From the NCBI GenBank assembly GCA_951406725.2, contig OX597840.1, forward strand, positions 4,030,001-4,094,000: a stretch of DNA of 64,000 nucleotides, written 5' to 3'. Source of the DNA: Octopus vulgaris. Its lineage: Eukaryota. Below the pieces are notes generated by a model that worked only from the letters and a program-made list of their open reading frames with translations, was not told the DNA's origin and ran no database searches. A program made the translations under genes and the position numbers. Within the stretch, counting starts at the first letter, position 1. Each line of letters opens with the position of its first letter. This document shows, one piece after another, positions 13,978 through 64,000 of this stretch.

Positions 13978-14286
13978 TGGCTGTGTAGTAAGTAACTTGC
14001 TTACCAACCACATGGTTCTGGGCTCAGTCCCACTATGTGGCTCCTTGGGCAAGTGTCTTCTACTATAGCCTCGGGCCGACCAAAGCCTTGTAAGTGGATT
14101 TGGTAGACGGAAACTGAAATAAGCCCGTCGTGTATGTGTGTATATATATATATGATCAGCCGAAGTTGCGGGGATGGTCCGGTTCCTGACTGAGGATTGG
14201 AGGCTTCGAATGACTCGTCCGTTTTTTGTGTCGTCTCTTTGTGTGTTTTGCGTTCTTGTCCCATTTTGTATTTTTATATATAATTT

Positions 14287-14346
<60 letters not shown>

Positions 14347-14937
14347 TGTGTCTGTGTCTGTGTGTCTGTGTTTGTCTCCCCCAACATCGCTTGACAACCG
14401 ATGCTGGTGTGTTTACGCCCCCGTAACCTAGCGGTTCGGTCAAAGAGACCGATAGAATAAGTACTAGGCTTACAAAGAATAAGTCCTGGGGGTCGATTTG
14501 CTCGACTAAAGGCGGTGCTCCAGCATGGCCGCAGTCAAATGGCTGAAACAAGTAAAAGAGTAAAAGAGTAAAAGTGTATATATATAATTTATATATGTAT
14601 ATATATATATAAATTATTTCTTGAGTTCATTTCAATCAAGGTACTTTAATTGTAAGGACACCAAGCAAAGATCCGTGTATATACCATATATAAATATATC
14701 ATTATATACTCACGCATATACGGACATATTCATACACTTACACATATACACATATATGTACATGCACCTACAATTATATACATACGTATAGATATAGTGT
14801 TTACACAAAATAAGTACACAAATGGGTTTAAAGTTTACTACAGCTGTTTCAGACGCGTTTTTTATTGATGAACAATTCAATTGCATCATTAAAAAGAAAC
14901 ATTTTATTCAGGTGAAGAACCAAACATTAAATTTTAA

Positions 14938-15022
14938 TTCACCTGAAGATAAAGGTGTTTTTCATGATGAAATCCAATTATTGCACAATAAAAACAAATG
15001 TGTCCGAAACAGCTGCAGTGAA
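14938..15022 (+). ncRNA. Degenerate hammerhead motif within an imperfect inverted repeat (14812-14916 / 14938-15043)
   Basis: TTCAC-CTGAAGA...GAAAC-AGCT-GCA-GTGAA. The mirror arm on minus reads TTCAC-CTGAATA...GAAAC-AGCT-GTA-GTAAA. Confidence 0.55.
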
Positions 15023-15426
15023 CTTTTAACCCGTTTGTATTCTTATATTAAATACATGTAAATATGTGTGTGTGTATGTGTGTGTCTGTGTGTGTGTGTA
15101 TATGTTTGTCTATCTGTCTATATGTCTGCATATGTGTAAGAAGTATGATTTGTTGTTATTGTACATATAAATACATCGAAGTAGACAAAGCTACGAGTAA
15201 TACGGCGTAAATATTGGGTTAAAGGGCGCTTGGGTTGAAAAAGTTGAAGTCGATGCCCTTTGCAGTCGAACCTACATCTTCTGTGAACATGTCAGGCGTT
15301 CTATTATTTATACCCTTGTCGACTTCGAGCAACACAGTTAAAAACAAATTATTTCACGCCTCTAGAAATTTCTACATTCTCATAAGGTAAACAATATATA
15401 TTTATGCATGCATATATATATATATA

Positions 15427-15482
<56 letters not shown>

Positions 15483-15770
15483 CATACATACATACATACA
15501 TTCATTCATACATACATACATACATACATACATACATACATACATACATACATACATACATACATACATACATACATACATACATACATACATACACACA
15601 CATACATACATACATACATACATACATACATACATACATACATACATGCATACATACATACATACATACATTCATACATACATACATACATACATACATA
15701 CATACATACATACATACATACATACATACATACATACATACATACATACATACATACATACATGTATATA

Positions 15771-16425
15771 TCAGGTTGAGTAAAAACGAAGCAACGTTTT
15801 GAACCATGAAGAATTTGTACCGGATTTTTGTAGAGGTCTGAATTTTCTTAAACATCTTTTTGCAATTGTCTGATAATACAGACATTACCTCGCCCAAATG
15901 CAGCAATAAATTAACCTTAGTGTTTTCCTCACCGTTGTTACGAATGGGACTGTCAAAGCACGATATTTGTGCAATTTTGCTATTCAGTTTCAAAAAAGGA
16001 TGTAAAGCAGCTGAAACTCCTCGCGATATCAACGAAATGTTTGGTGAGGAAATGACTAGGGAATGATCAGCTCTAAATGGCTTAAACGATTACGCAGTGG
16101 AGACCTAAGCCTTGAAGAGCGTGAGCGAAGTGGATTACGGTCAATTAAAGACCGCCTTTGAGAAAAAACCACGTAAAACCACTCGAGAACTGGCAAAAGA
16201 ACTTCAAGTCACCATGTGATCTGAAAATCAAAAATAGCTCGACAAATTGGTACCACACTATTTGAATTTTTATGTTGCCAGAATAAACAAACTTGTAACT
16301 CGTTGGCGAAAATGTGTTGATTGTAATGGTACTTAGTATGATGAATAAAATTTCCGCATTGTTGAAATATATTGTGATGATGAATTTCATGTTTCAAAAC
16401 GTTGCTTACATTTTACCAAACCTGA
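15771..16425 (+). mobile_element. Internally deleted mariner element (Hsmar1/cecropia-like)
   Basis: Imperfect ~40-bp TIRs tcaggttgagtaaaaacgaagcaacgttttgaa / ttcaaaacgttgcttacattttaccaaacctga with TA on both sides; MGLSKHDICAILLFSFKKGCKAAETPRDINEMFG HTH start. Confidence 0.88.
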
Positions 16426-16467
16426 TATATATATACACAAAGTTACATGTATATACATATATATATA

Positions 16468-16523
<56 letters not shown>

Positions 16524-17193
16524 TATATATATATATATATACATGCATACATATAAACACATACATACATATATACGCAGGTATACATATACACATGCAG
16601 TTATACGCATAGTCATAAACATAAAACTATATTTGTATTATTACATCATTATTATTATTGCTTATATTATTCAATATTACACCATATTATTTTATATTAT
16701 TTTATATTATATTACAATATATTTTAATATGTGTATCTGTGAGTGAGAGAGACAAACAGACAGACAGACAGACAGAGAAAGAGTAATGAAAAAGTCACAA
16801 ATATTTACACGTATTGACACATAAACAAATGTAATTAATTAATTAATTAATTAATTAAACTAACAAAGCAAATGAGATATGCACTCCGCTGTTTCCCATC
16901 CGACGTACGTATATGAGTTTGCATATTCCTACCGTTTTACTGTCCGCTTCTTCAGCACAAGGTACCTCGCACTTCTTGCCTTCATTTTCGTATCTCTCTG
17001 TGAAACCTTTTGAATTATGCGCACACCCAAATACACGCATATATACATACATACATACATACATACATACATACGTACATACATACATACACACGTACAT
17101 ACATACATACATACGCATATCCCGTTCACGCGCGCATTCACAGGCACACTAACGCCGCTCACATCATATATATATATAAATATATATATATAC

Positions 17194-17250
<57 letters not shown>

Positions 17251-17386
17251 TATATGTATACACACACATATATATACATATATATATATACATATACATA
17301 CATACCTATATATCTATATATATATATGAACGTGTACATATATGTGTATATATATATGTGTGTGTGTTTATATATATATATATGTA

Positions 17387-17429
<43 letters not shown>

Positions 17430-17534
17430 TGAATTCGTTTGTGCATGTATATAAGTAAATAATTTTGTGTGATATTTGATTTGTTTATATATATGTATAT
17501 ATATTTTATATGTTCTTGCTTTTGTTTTCTACAG

Positions 17535-58951
<41,417 letters not shown>

Positions 58952-58996
58952 ACATAAACAGACTTCTTATATAAAGACATATATATATATACATAC

Positions 58997-59074
<78 letters not shown>

Positions 59075-59243
59075 CAAATGATAACAAATGTTTCCAAACG
59101 AAGAAAAATCAATTTTTAAGAATTAATTTTTAAAAAATTATATAAAAAAAAAATAAGTAAATTTAAACAAATGATACGCAAGAAGGATTACAAAGCGAAA
59201 CACTTGTATATGTGTGTGTGTATGTATGCACATATATATACAT

Positions 59244-59275
<32 letters not shown>

Positions 59276-60729
59276 GTGTATGTATATATCTAACAGCGTA
59301 CATAGGTATCTGTACGTATATGTGCAAATGCAGCTATATATATATACATGTAAAAATATATATATGCATATAAATATGTATATAATATGTGTGTCTGATG
59401 TATAAAGGTATATATATAGTACATACAAATACATTTATGTATATACGTAGAGTACATGCATATATATATGCACATAATGTGTATAAAAAGTCATAGGCAT
59501 ATATATGTATATATGTGTACGTGTGGTCTGTGTCATACCTATATATGTATATACATATATACATATATATATGTATACATATATATACATACATATATAT
59601 TTACATATATATATATATATATATGCATTTACATATACATATCACACATATTTACATATTTAACATATATATATATATGTATTTTTATGAATACACACAC
59701 ACATATATATATGATATATATATATATCATATTTATATACATACATATAAATATATATTATATTTATATACATATATTTACGTGAGTATATGTCTGCATA
59801 TACTGATATATATATATATATATATGCTTATGTATACATATATACAGACATACACATATATATATATATATGTGTGTGCATTCGTATCTATATATATGCA
59901 TATATTTATACGTATATATACATACATATCTGTCTATATGCCTATATATATATATATATATATATACACATACATATATATATATATATATACATATATA
60001 TTTATATATACTTATATATACATATATATACATATATATACATATATATAGTTATATATATACATACATACATTCATATACATGCACATCCAAGACCAAA
60101 AAACAACTGAAAGTGAAGTGCACGGAAGGAAAAGGAACAAGCGAGGAGGACGAATAAAATGAAGGCGGAAGAGGAGGGGTTTCCGACGGAAGTACAGTGA
60201 CGGAAGTGAAGAGAAAGAAGAAGGAAAAGATAAACAAGAACCTTACCCTTTTCTTATCTTCCAAGTGAAAAGAACAAAATGCCCCCTAACCAATTTTTTT
60301 TTTTAGAAAAAATATAAAGAAATAATTGATAAATATAATGATAATAATAATAATATCAATATGAATATTAATAATGATGGAAATCTGTGAACATTCGTTT
60401 TTAGAGATGTTATTGAAACAACCTATCAAACCCACTTAACAATCAAATCAACAATGTACACGGATGATACAGGTATGAGCATAAAGTCACACAGAATTTC
60501 AGGAAAACCATTATTATAATGATGGTTATCATATTAGTAATATCAATCATGGTAACTGATAAACGTTTTTTAAAAAAATAATTCTATGATATATGTGTGT
60601 GTGTGTCTGTCTGTCTGTGTGTATGTGTGTGTGGATGTATGCATATATACACACACATATATTTAAAAAACATTGAGTAATAAATATATTGAATTGTCCC
60701 TAAGATTATGGAAACATTGCTTGCTTGTA

Positions 60730-61388
60730 ATCCAGTTGTGTCACATGTGTACCAGAGTTTGTGTCACAGGGAAGTAGGTAAATTGTTTATAGTTGTGACA
60801 CGTGTACAGAAAAACAAATTGTTATAGCTATGTCACAAGGTAAGCATAGTCTGTTACAGGTATGTAAAAGATAGAGAAAAAAAACCTGATACATATGTAA
60901 CATGGGTGAACCAGAAACGCTATTTGTTACAGGCGTGTGATACTAGTTAAGCCAAATGTTATGTGATGAGAGCAGGTATGTGTAAGATAAAGAAGCGACA
61001 TTTTAGCAGATGTGACGCATGTATAATGAACTAAAAAAACTTGTTATAGGTGTGACAAAGATATAAGCAAACATATTGTTACAAATATGGTATAAACACT
61101 CACTTACACACAAAACTATATTGCATATATAACACAAGAACATTAAAAAATATGTTACAACTGTGACAGAGATATATGTACTTATGTACTTTTAAAAGAC
61201 TGCTTGAAATGTACCACAGTTTAACAAGGAAAAGTCTTGTTGTTACAAAATGTGTCACAAGTTAACAAGTTATACAGTTTTTTTAAACATAAAGCGAAAG
61301 AAAAGACAATATTTGTTGCATCTTTAACACAATGATGTTTAAATGTTTGGACGAAAACATAAGGAACACCAACAACAACAAAAAGATG

Positions 61389-61419
<31 letters not shown>

Positions 61420-61462
61420 ATTAATGAAAACAAAAACATTTGTTATAGTTGTGTCACAGGAA
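60730..61462 (+). repeat. Highly degenerate tandem repeat (TGTTAYA..TGTGWCA motif, ~35-45-nt spacing) downstream of the stop codon
   Basis: Recurrent gttgtgtcaca, ttgtttatagttgtgacacg, ttgttatagctatgtcaca, ttgttacaggcgtgtgata, ttgttataggtgtgacaa, tgttacaactgtgacag, ttgttacaaaatgtgtcaca, ttgttatagttgtgtcaca. Confidence 0.65.
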
Positions 61463-62065
61463 ACAAAAAATTAATAACAACAAACTCCCTCGCTTCACCC
61501 CCTGCGAAAACAAAAGATAACTATATGATAGAGGGGGGACGAAAGTTTAGCAAAAAAATATTGATAATAATAATAACAATAATATTAATGATAATAATAA
61601 TAATATTAATAATAAAACGATTGCAGTTGTGAAACGACGAAATGAGCAAATAATGCTATTTTTTCGTGGTTGTTGGTGGTCAGTGTGTGAAGAATTTGAT
61701 AATTATATATATTTTTTTTCTTTTTGTTGAAAAGAAAAAGACAGACGAAAAAAATGGAACCAAAAAAAAAATACAATACAGCCAAATTTACAAAACAAAA
61801 AAAAATTGACTTTTAAAAGAAAATCATGAAAAACAACAACACAAACTCTACAAAATAACATTGGTTTTCGTTTGTGTTTTTACGATTGTTTTATACTTTT
61901 TTGTTTTGTTATTTTTTTTTTCAAATCCTTGTGCGACTGAATGTAATTCTTGTTAATATATTCCCGTTGTTGTTGTTGTTCTTATTATTATTATTATCAT
62001 CATCATCATCATTATAATTATCATTACCATTATTATCGTTATTTCTGTTGTTATTATTATTATTG

Positions 62066-62104
<39 letters not shown>

Positions 62105-62109
<5 letters not shown>

Positions 62110-62490
62110 TTAATCTGTTTGTTTGATGCAATCACCTGCTTGCCGGATCACTCCCAGCGCCCTAGGGTAAATGAAAGTTAAGAGATGTTTAGATATATTT
62201 GGAAGTTTGGGGTGGGGGCCGTGGAAAATTGTGGAGATCACAACAACATTACATTCATATAAAACGACACAACACAAATAATTTAAGTTGATAGGATTTT
62301 CCTGAGGGTGCAAGTGGTGCTTGTCAACATAATCTTTTGAATTTCTCTGAGATATGATTCTCCTGGGATGTTATCTAGATGTGTCTGACAACCCAGTTTT
62401 GTCATATCAAGGGCATCTATAATAATAAGAAATATTCCTGATATTCTTTTTTCTTCATACCAAGGTCACCTACAATAACAAGGACCTTAT
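62105..62490 (-). mobile_element. Second, degenerate R4/Dong-like 3' end
   Basis: Minus peptides VLVIVGDLGM and EIQKIMLTSTTCTLRKILST; flanked by (ATT)n on both sides. Confidence 0.6.
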
Positions 62491-62501
62491 CATCATCATC
62501 A

Positions 62502-62568
<67 letters not shown>

Positions 62569-62934
62569 CATTATTAGAGTCCAAAATTCCGCCGAGGTTG
62601 ACTTTGCTTTTCATCCTTTCCGGGTCGATAATGTAATGTATCCGTCAAGTACTGGAATCGATGTAATTAATAAACATATCTACCCACCTAGAGTTGCTGG
62701 CCTTGTGCTAAAATTTCAGCTCTTAAGGCGGAGAGCTGGCAGAATCGTTACTGTACCGGTTAAAACGTTTAGCGACATTTCTTACGGCCGTTTATTTTCT
62801 GAGCTCAAATCGCACCGAGGTCAAATTTGCCTTTCATTCCTACGTGGTCGATACTGGGGTTGATGTAATCGACTAGTCCCCCCCACCACCAAATTTCAGG
62901 CCTTGTACCTCCTATTATCATTATTGTTGTTATT

Positions 62935-63628
62935 GAGTGAGAGAGCAGCGCATGCCATCAAAGTGACATTGGGTTACAAATATACGAAGCCCAATATACC
63001 CATCATGACTACCCGTCTGATAAGGGTGCATCAGGCATATGCATCACAACCATATGTGCAGGACATGCTGACCTCATATCAAGATAAACATCGCATGACC
63101 TTGCGGGTGGGGTCCTGTTAGTATTTATTTCAGCTCAAGCAGCCCCTCCCGCTCAAAAGGTCTCTGAATATGGGTTATTTAAGGATGTTGACCGAAACAC
63201 TCACGTTTCCAGGGGTGAATTATTCAAACCTCAAAGAATCCCTCTCAACACATGGCTATAATGCTCCCCCACTACTCCTGCTGGAGTTCAAAGGTGCACA
63301 TGTCATAAATCACTAGGGGACATGCTCAACAGGTTATGGTGTAGCAACTAACAAGCAAATCCGCAGTATTGAGCAGAGTATTTTTTGTACACACAGACAA
63401 AACATATACATGGTAACACTTCCAATCAGTTAAGATTAGAAGTCATGAGAGCAACTGTCTGATACTGCACAGCGCATTGATACTCCCCAGCAATTCCTGC
63501 TCGTGATCAGAGATGCACATATTGTCAGCCACTAAGTGACATCCTCAACTGGTTATGGTCAAGCAAATGAGAAGCATATCTGCGATATTGAGCAGAATAT
63601 TTGCTGTAGCTCATCTTTTATACCATCT
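62935..63628. mobile_element. Interspersed repeat of unassigned class, adjacent to (ATT)n
   Basis: gtcagccactaagggacatgctcaactggtta...gtattgagcagaatatttgctgtag recurs at 41470-41660, 43130-43305 and twice here. Confidence 0.65.
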
Positions 63629-63851
63629 TTTATTATTATTATTACTGTTGTTGTTGTTGTTGTTATGGCGGCGAGCTGGCAGAATCGTAAGCACACCGGG
63701 AAAAATGCTTAGCGGCATTTCGTCCGTCCTTATATTCTGAGTTCAAATTCCACCGAGGATTGATAAAATAAGTACCAGTTACGTACTAGGGTCAATTTAA
63801 TCGACTATCTCCCTCCTCCAAATTTCAGGCCTTGTGCCTATAGTAGAAAGG

Positions 63852-63934
<83 letters not shown>

Positions 63935-63960
63935 CATCATTATTATTATTACTGTTATTA

Positions 63961-64000
<40 letters not shown>

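Overview
Eukaryotic genomic DNA, very rich in microsatellites. The SINE/LINE repertoire and repeat content point to a coleoid cephalopod, probably Octopus (inference). The window holds the 3' part of one + strand gene, an anosmin-1/KAL1 orthologue. I resolved 12 GT-AG exons (17535-58951) with consistent phases. They join into about 523 aa covering four FnIII domains and a hydrophobic, GPI-signal-like C-terminus. The N-terminal Cys-rich/WAP exons were not found and probably lie upstream of the window. The introns contain tRNA-derived SINEs, mariner/Tc1/pogo relics, Tx1, R4/Dong, RTE and CR1-like LINE fragments, and simple repeats. Most notable observations: (i) several Penelope-type hammerhead-ribozyme motifs, one essentially canonical and paired with a perfect 93-bp antisense copy; (ii) two LINE types sitting in (GATA)n and (TAA)n microsatellites; (iii) a SINE sharing its 3' tail with the Tx1 LINE, inserted as a trimer with a 16-bp TSD; (iv) near-perfect hairpins close to splice acceptors. 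Almost all ORF-track entries are microsatellite artefacts. All alignments were done by eye.
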